Sequence record: SRR20825006_1157
Length of the DNA: 64,000 bases
Direction: 5' to 3' (one strand)
Made by a program: the position numbers and the translations under genes. Below, piece after piece: positions 38,117 through 47,934 of the stretch (position 1 is the first letter of the stretch; each line of letters starts with the position of its first letter). The notes beneath the pieces were generated by a model, which ran no database searches, was not told the origin of the DNA, and saw only the letters and a list, made by a program, of their open reading frames with translations.

Positions 38117-38136
38117 TTTTTACCAACTGGTTAAAA
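38117..38136. promoter_or_regulatory. RutR-like operator
   Basis: TTTTTACCA-AC-TGGTTAAAA resembles TTGACCAnnTGGTCAA; upstream of a nucleoside catabolic operon. Confidence 0.6.
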
Positions 38137-38141
38137 AAATC

Positions 38142-38170
38142 TTGAACTTTTTGTAGGGGATAGGTAACGA
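38142..38170 (+). promoter_or_regulatory. Putative sigma70 promoter of the nucleoside operon
   Basis: TTGAAC, 17-nt spacer, TAACGA. Confidence 0.45.
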
Positions 38171-38294
38171 TTGCGTGGGGATTTAGGCGTTTTTACTTGC
38201 GGAGGGACCAAGAAAACGCTTGAATTAAAAACACCACATTTAGACCCTAGGGTTGGTCTTGTTACGTGTGGATAAGTTGACAAGGGAGATATTC

Positions 38295-39311
38295 ATGTCA
38301 GTCCAGAAGAAGAAGTTCACCGGCGCGAAAGCCGTTCTCGGTACAGCCGTATTCGCTGCATTGATGACAGGCACCGCATTGGCAGAACCTGCATTGATTT
38401 ATGATGCTGCCGGCAAAAACGATAAGTCATTCAACGAAATGGCTTGGAACGGTGCCGAAGCATACGCAAAAGAAACTGGCGAATCTTATCGCGATTTTGA
38501 AATTCAAACTGATGCCCAGCGCGAGCAGGCTTTGCGTCGTTTCGCACAGCAGGGTTCTAGCCCAATCGTTGTGCCAGGCTTCACATGGGCCGAGCCTTTG
38601 ACAGTTGTGGCGCAAGAATTCCCAGATACACACTTTGCAATCATCGACTCTGTTGTTGATCTGCCAAACGTGCGTTCTGTGTTGTTTAAAGAGCAAGAAG
38701 GTTCATACCTTGTTGGCGCTTTGGCAGCCATGAAGTCTGAATCAGGCACAATCGGCTACGTAACAGCATTTGACTTCCCATTGTTGCAAGCATTTGGTTG
38801 CGGCTATGTGCAAGGCGCAAAAGCTGTAAACCCAGACATCGAAGTGCTTCAAAACTTCATCGGTACAGACTTTGGTGCGTTTAACGACATCAACACCGCT
38901 GGCGAAGTTGGCCGTTCACAGCTTGAGCGTGGTGCGGACGTGATTTACGCCGCTGCTGGTGCTGCTGGTGAAGGTGCGTTGCAAGCTGCAGTTGATGCTG
39001 GCAAATACGGCATCGGTGTTGACAGCAACCAGAACTATTTGTTCCCAGGCAACATGCTCACTTCAATGGTGAAGCGCGTTGACGTTGCGGTTCAAAATGC
39101 ATTCAACGACGAATTGAATGGCAACTGGTCTTCAGGCGTTCAAACACTTGGCCTTGCTGAAGGCGGTGTTGGCGCAGCTATGGACGAGTACAACGCAGAA
39201 CTTGTGACTGACGAAATGATGGCGAAGATCGAAGAATTGTCTGCAAAGATCAATTCTGGCGAAATTCAAGTTCATGATTACCGGTCAGACAATTCCTGCC
39301 CAGTTTCTTAA
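38295..39311 (+). CDS. BMP/PnrA-family nucleoside ABC substrate-binding protein
   Basis: DKSFNE, FKEQEGSYLVG, GADVIYAAAG, IGVDSNQ, SMVKRVD. ATG 38295 follows AAGGGAG. Confidence 0.92.
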   Translation: MSVQKKKFTGAKAVLGTAVFAALMTGTALAEPALIYDAAGKNDKSFNEMAWNGAEAYAKETGESYRDFEIQTDAQREQALRRFAQQGSSPIVVPGFTWAEPLTVVAQEFPDTHFAIIDSVVDLPNVRSVLFKEQEGSYLVGALAAMKSESGTIGYVTAFDFPLLQAFGCGYVQGAKAVNPDIEVLQNFIGTDFGAFNDINTAGEVGRSQLERGADVIYAAAGAAGEGALQAAVDAGKYGIGVDSNQNYLFPGNMLTSMVKRVDVAVQNAFNDELNGNWSSGVQTLGLAEGGVGAAMDEYNAELVTDEMMAKIEELSAKINSGEIQVHDYRSDNSCPVS

Positions 39312-39341
39312 GTCGAACTAAGAACGGAATGGTAACTCGAC

Positions 39342-40919
39342 ATGGTTGAGAACCAAACGAGCTCTGCCCAGCAGCCTGCAAAGGCTGCTGGGTCAGCACA
39401 TGCGATTGACTTGAAAAAAGTGTCCAAAGCATTTGGGCCCGTTCAAGCCAACAAAGACATTGATTTGACCGTTAAGCGCAATTCAATCCACGGCATTGTG
39501 GGGGAAAATGGCGCGGGTAAATCCACCCTCATGTCCATCCTTTATGGGTTCTATACCGCTGATAGCGGGGAGATTTGGGTCAATGGTCAATTGGTGAAAA
39601 TCAAAGATTCCAGCCACGCATTGGAATTGGGCATCGGCATGGTGCACCAACATTTTATGCTGGTGGAAAATTTCACCGTTTTAGAAAACATTATTCTTGG
39701 GGCAGAAGGCGAATTTCTGCTCGATTCCAGCAAAGCCAAGGCGCGTGATGAACTAACGCGACTGGCCAAAGATTATGGGCTGGATGTAGACCCAGATGCG
39801 CTGATTGAAGATCTGTCTGTGGGGCAAGAACAGCGCGTGGAAATTCTTAAGGCACTTTATCGCGGCGCCGACGTGTTGATTTTGGACGAGCCGACTGGCG
39901 TGCTAACGCCAACCGAAGCCGATCAATTGTTCCGCATTTTGGAGCAGCTGCGCGATGAAGGCAAAACCATCATCTTGATCACCCACAAATTGCGGGAAAT
40001 CATGGCGGTAACGGACACAGTTTCTGTGATGCGCCAAGGTGAAATGGTGGGTACCATCGCCACAGCAGACACATCACCTGAGCAACTAGCTGAGATGATG
40101 GTTGGCCGTCGCGTTTTGCTGCGTGTTGATAAAACGCCAGCCAAACCTGGCGATGTTGTGCTGGAAGTCAAAAATCTTTCTGTGACGGACGAAATTGGCG
40201 TGCCGCGAGTTAAAGATGTCAGCTTTAATGTAAAAGCTGGCGAAATTGTCGGCATTGCGGGCGTGGCTGGTAATGGCCAATCGCAACTGCTGCGCGCGAT
40301 TTCCGGCATGGAAGCGCCGCTTCTTGGCGAAGTGCGCATCAATGGCGAATTGGTCCGTTTTGAAGGCGACGATAGCGCTGCAAAAGTGCGCGAAATGGGC
40401 CTCGCCCACGTGCCAGAAGATCGGTTGAAAATGGGATTGGTGACCCAATTCCAAGAGTGGGAAAACTCACTGCTCGGCTATCACGATTCCGAAAAATATG
40501 GGTCAGGTCCATTCCTGTCCGTAAAGGATGCCATCGCAGACGCTGAAAAGCGGATCGAAATGTTTGACATTCGTCCGCGTAATCCACGGTTGAAAACCGC
40601 CAACTTCTCCGGCGGCAACCAGCAAAAAGTGGTGTTGGCGCGCGAGATGGATCGTGAACTGGATGTTCTGGTTGTTGGCCAACCAACGCGCGGCGTTGAT
40701 ATTGGCGCGATCGAATTTATCCATAAGCAAATTATTGAACTCAGAGACCAAGGCAAAGCTGTGCTGCTTGTGTCTGTAGAGTTGGATGAAATCCGCGCCC
40801 TATCAGATCGGGTGTTGGTGATGTTTGATGGAGAAATAGTCACAGAGTTGGCGCCAGACGCCACAGAACGTGACTTTGGTCTTTCTATGGCCGGGGTTGA
40901 TCCCAAAGAGGGGGCTTAA
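39342..40919 (+). CDS. Nucleoside ABC transporter ATP-binding protein (two NBDs)
   Basis: GENGAGKST, GMVHQHFML, GVAGNGQ, FSGGNQQK, QPTRGVD. Confidence 0.93.
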   Translation: MVENQTSSAQQPAKAAGSAHAIDLKKVSKAFGPVQANKDIDLTVKRNSIHGIVGENGAGKSTLMSILYGFYTADSGEIWVNGQLVKIKDSSHALELGIGMVHQHFMLVENFTVLENIILGAEGEFLLDSSKAKARDELTRLAKDYGLDVDPDALIEDLSVGQEQRVEILKALYRGADVLILDEPTGVLTPTEADQLFRILEQLRDEGKTIILITHKLREIMAVTDTVSVMRQGEMVGTIATADTSPEQLAEMMVGRRVLLRVDKTPAKPGDVVLEVKNLSVTDEIGVPRVKDVSFNVKAGEIVGIAGVAGNGQSQLLRAISGMEAPLLGEVRINGELVRFEGDDSAAKVREMGLAHVPEDRLKMGLVTQFQEWENSLLGYHDSEKYGSGPFLSVKDAIADAEKRIEMFDIRPRNPRLKTANFSGGNQQKVVLAREMDRELDVLVVGQPTRGVDIGAIEFIHKQIIELRDQGKAVLLVSVELDEIRALSDRVLVMFDGEIVTELAPDATERDFGLSMAGVDPKEGA

Positions 40920-40942
40920 CAAATGTCCGGAGTTTGTAAGAA

Positions 40943-42061
40943 ATGAGTGCGCGTCAGCCATTGCCCAACTGGGTAACAATTGTGTTGATGCCAGCGCTAA
41001 ATGTGTTGTTGGCATTTATTATCGGCGGCTTGGCCGTGGCCATGATCGGGGAAAATCCGCTCGATGCAATGTGGGCGCTGTTCTATGGCGCATTTGGCAC
41101 AGGCATGGGCTGGGGCTTCACGCTGCATTACGCCACAAACTTTATCTTTACCGGCCTTGCGGTTGCGGTGGCTTATCATGCGGGCATGTTCAACATTGGT
41201 GGCGAAGGCCAAGCCTATGTGGCGGGCCTTGGCGCGATTGTGGTGGCGCTGTGGCTTGATCAAACCCACTGGACCTTGGTGCTGCTCGGTTCAACTGCTG
41301 CGGCCATGGTGATGGGTGCCCTCTGGGCCATCATTCCAGGCTGGTTGCAAGCCAAGCGCGGCAGCCATGTGGTGATCACCACCATCATGTTTAACTTCAT
41401 CGCATCTGCCTTTATGGGCTATATGCTGGTGCAAGTAATCACCGCGCCGGGTGCGAATGCGGAAACCCGCACCATTGCAGAACCGGGCCGTTTGCCCTTG
41501 ATGTCTGACTGGTTTGACGCGTTCCAATATTCACCGCTGAACATCACGTTCTTCTTCGGTATTTTGGCGTTGATCTTCACCTATGTGCTGATCTGGCGCA
41601 CGAAGCTTGGTTATAAAATCCGTACTTTGGGCGCAAACCCGGAAGCCGCGCGCTATGCAGGCATTTCTGCCGTCGCTGTGATCATCATTGCGATGGCCAT
41701 CTCTGGCGCATTGGCAGGTTTGATGGCGGTGAACGAAGCAGTTGGCGTGCAAAAGCGCCTTGTGGTTGGCTATGTGGCAGGCGTTGGCTTTGTGGGCATC
41801 GCCGTGGCCTTTATGGGCCGCTCACACCCTGTGGGCATTGCGCTGGCGGCGTTGCTGTTCGGTGCGCTTTATCAGGGCGGGCAGGAGCTGGCATTTGAAT
41901 TGCCGGCTGTGCCATCAGAACTTGTTTTGATCATTCAGGCTCTGGTGATCTTGTTCACCGGTGCCATGGGCGAAATGTTCCACCCTGTATTGGAACGCAT
42001 ATTTGCTAAAAAGGTTGAAGCCGCGCCTGAAGAGGCGACAACCTCAACCGGGGAGGCATAA
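40943..42061 (+). CDS. Nucleoside ABC transporter permease
   Basis: FNIGGEGQ, VITTIMFNFIA, GANPEAARYAGI, GIAVAFMG. Confidence 0.92.
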   Translation: MSARQPLPNWVTIVLMPALNVLLAFIIGGLAVAMIGENPLDAMWALFYGAFGTGMGWGFTLHYATNFIFTGLAVAVAYHAGMFNIGGEGQAYVAGLGAIVVALWLDQTHWTLVLLGSTAAAMVMGALWAIIPGWLQAKRGSHVVITTIMFNFIASAFMGYMLVQVITAPGANAETRTIAEPGRLPLMSDWFDAFQYSPLNITFFFGILALIFTYVLIWRTKLGYKIRTLGANPEAARYAGISAVAVIIIAMAISGALAGLMAVNEAVGVQKRLVVGYVAGVGFVGIAVAFMGRSHPVGIALAALLFGALYQGGQELAFELPAVPSELVLIIQALVILFTGAMGEMFHPVLERIFAKKVEAAPEEATTSTGEA

Positions 42062-42063
42062 TC

Positions 42064-43032
42064 ATGGACGCAACAGATATCATTCTATTGCTCGATTCCA
42101 GTGTACGTCTTGCCGTACCCTTGTTGCTGGCTTGTTTGGCTGGGCTATATTCTGAACGTTCGGGCATTGTAGATATTGGCCTTGAAGGCAAAATGCTTGG
42201 TGCGGCTTTTGCGGCAGCCGCCACAGCAGCAGTCACAGGCAATGTGTGGTTGGGCCTTTTGGCGGCAATGGCCGTGTCGACATTCATGTCCATGATCCAC
42301 GCCTTGGCTTCCATCAATTTCCGCGGCAACCAGATCATTTCGGGTGTTGCCCTCAACTTCTTGGCAGCTGGCTTCACCGTATTTTTGGGCCATGCCTGGT
42401 TCCGCCGTGGCGGCACCACACCAAACTTGCGGCCTGATGAACGCTTTTCGACAATTGATTTGCCGTTCGCGCAAGAATTTGGTCAAGTCCCGATCATTGG
42501 TGAGATTTACGAGCAATTGCTCTCCGGCCATTCAATCATTGTGTATTTCGCCTTCTTGGCGGTGCCGGTTACAGCCTTTGTGCTGTTCCGCACACGGTTC
42601 GGCTTGCGCTTGCGGGCTGTGGGTGAGAACCCAAAAGCTTTGGACACAGCAGGCATGTCCGTGTCGCTGTTGCGCTATCAAGCGTTGATCATCACAGGCC
42701 TATTGTGCGGCGTTGCGGGGGCTTATTTGTCTACTGCGCAAGGCGCCAATTTTTCTGAAAACATGACCTCTGGTCGTGGCTTTATTGCGCTGGCGGCGTT
42801 GATTTTCGCCAAGTGGCGTCCATGGCAAGCCATGTGGACTTGCTTGTTGTTTGGTGTGCTCAGTGCGTCGCAAATTCGCTTGCAGGGTGTTGAATTCCCA
42901 ATGATCGGCGAGGTGCCTGTGCAGTTTATCCAAGCGCTGCCTTACATTTTGACCGTTGTGCTGTTGGCTGGCTTTATCGGCCGCGCCAAAGCACCAAAGG
43001 CCATCGGCCAGCCTTATGTGAAGGAACGCTAA
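42064..43032 (+). CDS. Nucleoside ABC transporter permease
   Basis: SERSGIVDIGLEG, GLRLRAVGENP, GRGFIALAALIF, LPYILT. Confidence 0.92.
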   Translation: MDATDIILLLDSSVRLAVPLLLACLAGLYSERSGIVDIGLEGKMLGAAFAAAATAAVTGNVWLGLLAAMAVSTFMSMIHALASINFRGNQIISGVALNFLAAGFTVFLGHAWFRRGGTTPNLRPDERFSTIDLPFAQEFGQVPIIGEIYEQLLSGHSIIVYFAFLAVPVTAFVLFRTRFGLRLRAVGENPKALDTAGMSVSLLRYQALIITGLLCGVAGAYLSTAQGANFSENMTSGRGFIALAALIFAKWRPWQAMWTCLLFGVLSASQIRLQGVEFPMIGEVPVQFIQALPYILTVVLLAGFIGRAKAPKAIGQPYVKER

Positions 43033-43033
43033 C

Positions 43034-43435
43034 ATGGATGCGGTAAACCAAGCCCTTTACGATGCAGCTCAAGCCGTGCGCAAACATGCGCACGTGCCCT
43101 ATTCAAACTTTCCGGTTGGTGCCGCCATTTTGGCGGATGATGGGCAAATCTATGCGGGTTGCAACATTGAAAACGCGGCTTACCCGCAAGGTAATTGCGC
43201 TGAAACCGCGGCTATTTCTGCAATGATTGGTGCAGGCGCGAAGAAAATCCACCGCATCTTTGTTATCGGCAAGGGCGTTGATCCAGTCACCCCATGTGGT
43301 GGCTGCCGCCAACGCATTCGCGAATTCGCGACACCTGATACGCAGATCACCTGCACAGGTGAAGATGGTGATGCCAAAAGCTACACCATGGATGAGATTT
43401 TGCCGGATTCCTTTGGCCCGGAATTTCTGGAGTAG
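43034..43435 (+). CDS. cdd: Cytidine deaminase (tetrameric type)
   Basis: PYSNFPVGAA, GCNIENAAY, CAE, PCGGCRQ. Confidence 0.95.
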   Translation: MDAVNQALYDAAQAVRKHAHVPYSNFPVGAAILADDGQIYAGCNIENAAYPQGNCAETAAISAMIGAGAKKIHRIFVIGKGVDPVTPCGGCRQRIREFATPDTQITCTGEDGDAKSYTMDEILPDSFGPEFLE

Positions 43436-43441
43436 GGACCA

Positions 43442-44242
43442 ATGACCGCAAAATTTAACATGCGTTTGATTCAAGAACGCGCGGGTGATGAACCTATTGC
43501 TGCTGCGCTTGTTCTTGGATCAGGCTTCGCTGCGCTTGGCGAAATGCTGAAAGATCCTGTGACCATCAACTATGATGCGCTGCAGGGCTTTCCCGGCGGC
43601 GGCGTAACGGGCCATGGCAAAAATTTGCTGATTGGCGAGTTGGAAGGCAAGCGCGTGGCCTTGCTCACGGGTCGCGCGCATTATTATGAACATGGCAATG
43701 CAGCCGCCATGAAAATGGCAATTCAGACGCTGGCAGGTTTGGGCATCGATACATTAATGCTCACCAACGCCGCCGGGTCTATTGTCAATGATATTCGTCC
43801 CGGTGATCTGATGCTGATCAATGATCACATCAACTTCTCCGGCCTCAACCCATTGATTGGGTTGGCGGGCGATAAGCGCTTCGTCAATATGGTGGACGCT
43901 TACGACCCGGCCCTGCGCCAAAAGGCCCTAGATATCGCCGAGCGCGATTTTTTGGACCTTAAACAAGGCGTTTATACATGGTATTCTGGCCCCTCATTTG
44001 AAACGCCCGCTGAGATCAAAATGATCCAAGGCTTTGGGGCTCAAGCGGTGGGTATGTCCACCGTGCCAGAATGTATTTTGGGCCGTTACTACGATATGCG
44101 CGTTTGGGGATGTTCATTCATCACCAATATGGGAGCGGGCATGTCGGATGAACATCTCTCTCACGACCATACGCAAACCATGGTCGCATCTGGCGGAGAG
44201 CGCATGCAAAGTTTGCTTACAAAAATGATTGCAGAACTATGA
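43442..44242 (+). CDS. Purine-nucleoside phosphorylase (trimeric PunA/XapA type)
   Basis: VLGSG, GRAHYYE, TNAAG, DHIN, GPSFETPAE, VGMSTVPE, ITN. Confidence 0.92.
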   Translation: MTAKFNMRLIQERAGDEPIAAALVLGSGFAALGEMLKDPVTINYDALQGFPGGGVTGHGKNLLIGELEGKRVALLTGRAHYYEHGNAAAMKMAIQTLAGLGIDTLMLTNAAGSIVNDIRPGDLMLINDHINFSGLNPLIGLAGDKRFVNMVDAYDPALRQKALDIAERDFLDLKQGVYTWYSGPSFETPAEIKMIQGFGAQAVGMSTVPECILGRYYDMRVWGCSFITNMGAGMSDEHLSHDHTQTMVASGGERMQSLLTKMIAEL

Positions 44243-45228
44243 GTTTAAAAGCAGTTGAAATGCCGCACGCGGCAGAAGAGCATAAACGCAATCCCGGTTT
44301 CGATTTGGATTTGGGCTGGTTGCGTCATGTGCGGATGAACCGCTCAGCATTGGAACGTCGGGCCGCCACCATCGGCACCCGCCGTTCAGTGAAGAAGCAA
44401 TGGCAAGCCGCATGGCTGCTCCACGCCATCACCAATATCGATTTGACCACCTTGAATGGTGACGACAGCAAGGGCCGCGTTGAACGCTTATGCGCCAAAG
44501 CGCGCCAGCCTGTGCGCACCGATATTTTGAAGGCGCTGGGCGTTGAAGATTTGGGCATCACCCCAGGCGCAGTGTGTGTTTATCACAATTTTGTCGCCGA
44601 TGCGGTGGCCGCGCTTGAAGGCACCAACATCCCGGTGGCTGCCGTTTCAACTGGTTTCCCCGCAGGCCTAACACCTTTGGAAACCCGCATCGCTGAAATT
44701 GAAGCCTCGGTCAAAGCTGGTGCGAAAGAAATCGACATCGTGATCGAACGGCATCAAGTGCTGACGCAAGATTGGCAGGGCCTTTATGATCAGGTCAAAG
44801 CCTTTCGTGCGGCATGTGGTGAAGCGCATTTGAAAACCATTTTGGGCACAGGCGAATTGGCCACCCAAACCAATGTCGCTAAAGCCTCTTTGGTGTGCAT
44901 GATGGCAGGGGCTGATTTCATCAAAACCTCAACTGGCAAGGAAAAGGTCAACGCAGATTTGGTGACCTCCCTGTCCATGATCCGCATGATCCGTTGGTTC
45001 CATGAAGAAACGGGCATTGAGATTGGCTACAAGCCTGCGGGCGGTATTTCCAAAGCCAAAGATGCAATCACATATCTTGCGATGATGAAGGATGAGCTGG
45101 GCAATAAATGGCTCTCGCCACACCTGTTCCGCTTCGGCGCATCCAGCCTTTTGAACGACATTGAGCGGCAGCTCGAACATAATGTCACCGGGCGCTATGC
45201 GGCCGATTATCGTCAGCCTCTGGTTTAG
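44239..45228 (+). CDS. deoC: Deoxyribose-phosphate aldolase (long, DERA-like form)
   Basis: IDLTTL, AVCVY, EIDIVI, GADFIKTSTGK, KPAGGI, FRFGASSLL. Confidence 0.95.
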   Translation: MSLKAVEMPHAAEEHKRNPGFDLDLGWLRHVRMNRSALERRAATIGTRRSVKKQWQAAWLLHAITNIDLTTLNGDDSKGRVERLCAKARQPVRTDILKALGVEDLGITPGAVCVYHNFVADAVAALEGTNIPVAAVSTGFPAGLTPLETRIAEIEASVKAGAKEIDIVIERHQVLTQDWQGLYDQVKAFRAACGEAHLKTILGTGELATQTNVAKASLVCMMAGADFIKTSTGKEKVNADLVTSLSMIRMIRWFHEETGIEIGYKPAGGISKAKDAITYLAMMKDELGNKWLSPHLFRFGASSLLNDIERQLEHNVTGRYAADYRQPLV

Positions 45229-45237
45229 GTGGGCAAC

Positions 45238-47607
45238 ATGAACGTTAAAGAGATTTTTGAAACCATGGAATATGGTCCTGCGCCGGAAGGCAGCGCCGAA
45301 GCACATGAATGGCTAGATGGCCATGGCCGCAAATTTGGTCACTTCATCAATGGCGAGTTCACCAAACCGGGCAAAACTTTTGCCTCCACCAACCCTGCTA
45401 ACGGCGAAGAATTGGCGCAAATCAGCCAAGCGAAAAAAGGCGATATTGATTTAGCCGTTTCTGCCGCACGCAAAGCCCAAGCAGATTGGGAAGCTTTGTC
45501 TGGCTATGAGCGGGCCAAATATCTTTATGCCATCGCGCGGCAAGTGCAAAAGCATTCGCGTTTGTTTGCGGTGCTCGAGACCCTCGACAATGGCAAGCCA
45601 ATCCGCGAAAGCCGCGATTTGGATATCCCATTGGTTGCGCGTCATTTCTATCACCATGCCGGGTGGGCGCAGCAACGTGATCGCTTGTTCCCGAACCAAT
45701 CAGCTTATGGCGTTTGTGGGCAAATCATCCCGTGGAACTTCCCGCTTTTGATGTTGTCGTGGAAAATTGCACCAGCCTTGGCGGCAGGCAACACAGTTGT
45801 GCTGAAACCGGCCGAATTCACGTCACTGACCGCGCTGTTGTTTGCCGAAATCTGTCAGGAAATCGGCTTGCCGAAAGGTGTCGTGAACATTGTCACAGGT
45901 GACGGCGACGCAGGTGAGGCCATCGTCAACCATGCAGGCATCGATAAAATCGCCTTCACGGGCTCCACAGGCGTGGGCAAGGCCATCCGCAACGCCACGG
46001 CGGGCACAGGCAAAGGCCTCTCGCTTGAGCTGGGCGGCAAGTCACCGTTTATCGTTTTTGAAGATGCAGATTTAGATAGCGCTGTTGAAGGCGTTGTAGA
46101 CGCGATTTGGTTCAATCAGGGCCAAGTGTGTTGCGCCGGATCGCGCCTGTTGGTGCAAGAAGCGGTTGAAGAGCGTTTCATCAAAAAGCTGAAAGCCCGC
46201 ATGGCAACATTGCGCGTGGGTGACCCACTCGACAAAGCCATTGATATTGGCGCCTTGGTGGCGCCAGTGCAGGTGGCGCGGGTGCAGGATTTGATGAAAA
46301 AGGGCGAGGAGCAGGGCGCTGTTCGTTATCAGCCGGATGGCACAATCCCTTCCAATGGCTGCTTCGTTAAACCAACGCTTTACACCAATGTGCAACCGGC
46401 CAACATCATCGCGGAAGAAGAAATCTTTGGTCCCGTTCTGGTCGCCATGAGCTTCCGCACGCCTGACGAAGCTGTAACCTTGGCCAACAATTCAAAATAT
46501 GGATTGTCCGCCAGCATCTGGACCGAAAACATCAATCTCGCTTTGGACATTGCACCACGGGTGCAAGCCGGTGTTGTGTGGATCAACTCCACCAACAATT
46601 TCGATGCGGCGGTCGGCTTTGGTGGCTACAAAGAAAGCGGCTTTGGTCGTGAAGGTGGCAAAGAAGGTATGCGTGCCTATCTGCGTCCGGAATGGGAGCT
46701 TAAGCTGAAATCTTTGGGTAAAGCCCCAGCGCTAGCAAAACCAAAATTGTTTGCAACCGACGGCATTGACCGCACCGCCAAACTTTATGTGGGTGGTAAG
46801 CAAGCCCGGCCAGATGGCGGCTACGCCCGTTCAGTGGTGAACGCTGATGGCAAACTGGTTGGCGAAGTCGGCGAAGGCAATCGCAAAGACATCCGCAACG
46901 CAGTGGAAGCCGCGCGTGGCGCATTGGGATGGGGCAGCAAAACGGCCCATCTGCGCGCGCAAATTCTCTACTATATGGGTGAAAATCTCGACTATCGCCG
47001 CAATGAATTTGCCGATCGACTACGCGAGATGATCGGTTCATCTGCAGGGGCCGCAAAGAAAGAAGTTGAGCTTTCCATTGAACGCTTGTTCGCCTTCGCA
47101 GGCTGGGCCGATAAATATGACGGGGCGGTGCACAACCCGCCTGTGCGCCAAATGGCGGTTGCCATGGTGGAGCCGATCGGCGTGATTGGCATCGCCGCAC
47201 CAAATGAAAACCCGCTGCTCGGTGCCATCTCTTTGCTCGCGCCGTCTATGGCCATGGGCAACACCAGCGTGTTGATCCCCTCAGAAACCGCGCCATTGGC
47301 CATGACTGATTTTTATCAGATTTTGGACACAAGCGACGTGCCTGCTGGCGTTGTAAATATCGTCACCGGGGCCAAAGACGAGCTGACCAAAACCTTGGCC
47401 GAGCATGATGGCGTTGACGCCATGTTCTATTGCGGCGATGCTGAGGGCGGCAAGAAAGTTGAGCAATATTCGGTGCACAATCTCAAACAGACCTGGACCA
47501 ATAAGGGCAAAGCCATGGATTGGACCGATCGCGAGATTTGCGAAGGCGAATATTTCTTGGAGCGGAGCACTCAGGTCAAAAATGTTTGGGTGCCCTACGG
47601 CGCATAG
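45238..47607 (+). CDS. Two-domain aldehyde dehydrogenase (ALDH16-like)
   Basis: [34 protein letters not shown], followed by a second partial ALDH domain. Start is ATG 45238 or GTG 45229. Confidence 0.9.
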   Translation: MNVKEIFETMEYGPAPEGSAEAHEWLDGHGRKFGHFINGEFTKPGKTFASTNPANGEELAQISQAKKGDIDLAVSAARKAQADWEALSGYERAKYLYAIARQVQKHSRLFAVLETLDNGKPIRESRDLDIPLVARHFYHHAGWAQQRDRLFPNQSAYGVCGQIIPWNFPLLMLSWKIAPALAAGNTVVLKPAEFTSLTALLFAEICQEIGLPKGVVNIVTGDGDAGEAIVNHAGIDKIAFTGSTGVGKAIRNATAGTGKGLSLELGGKSPFIVFEDADLDSAVEGVVDAIWFNQGQVCCAGSRLLVQEAVEERFIKKLKARMATLRVGDPLDKAIDIGALVAPVQVARVQDLMKKGEEQGAVRYQPDGTIPSNGCFVKPTLYTNVQPANIIAEEEIFGPVLVAMSFRTPDEAVTLANNSKYGLSASIWTENINLALDIAPRVQAGVVWINSTNNFDAAVGFGGYKESGFGREGGKEGMRAYLRPEWELKLKSLGKAPALAKPKLFATDGIDRTAKLYVGGKQARPDGGYARSVVNADGKLVGEVGEGNRKDIRNAVEAARGALGWGSKTAHLRAQILYYMGENLDYRRNEFADRLREMIGSSAGAAKKEVELSIERLFAFAGWADKYDGAVHNPPVRQMAVAMVEPIGVIGIAAPNENPLLGAISLLAPSMAMGNTSVLIPSETAPLAMTDFYQILDTSDVPAGVVNIVTGAKDELTKTLAEHDGVDAMFYCGDAEGGKKVEQYSVHNLKQTWTNKGKAMDWTDREICEGEYFLERSTQVKNVWVPYGA

Positions 47608-47618
47608 GAGCCTGACCC

Positions 47619-47912
47619 ATGAGCGACAAGGTTGAAGTTGAAAACGTAAACACACCGGGCAAAATCACCCGCGTTGACGCGGCGAAATATAACGCCATGT
47701 ACAATGCGATGATGCAGGTTTTGCCTCATGAGGCACCGGGCATGGTCGTCAAAGATGTGATTGCCGAAGCCAAAAAACATCTGCCGGATGATCTGTTCCC
47801 CGGGGGCAGCACCGCAGGCTGGTGGGTGAAATGCGTGCAACTTGATCTTGAAGCGAAAAAGAAAATCGCGCGGGCGGAAAAACCGCCTGTGCGGCTTTAT
47901 CGCCTAGACTAA
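47619..47912 (+). CDS. Small conserved hypothetical protein (DUF6958-like)
   Basis: AGGAG RBS; KY, LFPGG..AGWW.K.VQLDLEAK..I.R pattern. Confidence 0.75.
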   Translation: MSDKVEVENVNTPGKITRVDAAKYNAMYNAMMQVLPHEAPGMVVKDVIAEAKKHLPDDLFPGGSTAGWWVKCVQLDLEAKKKIARAEKPPVRLYRLD

Positions 47913-47934
47913 AAGCCATCGAGGAAATTCGAAC

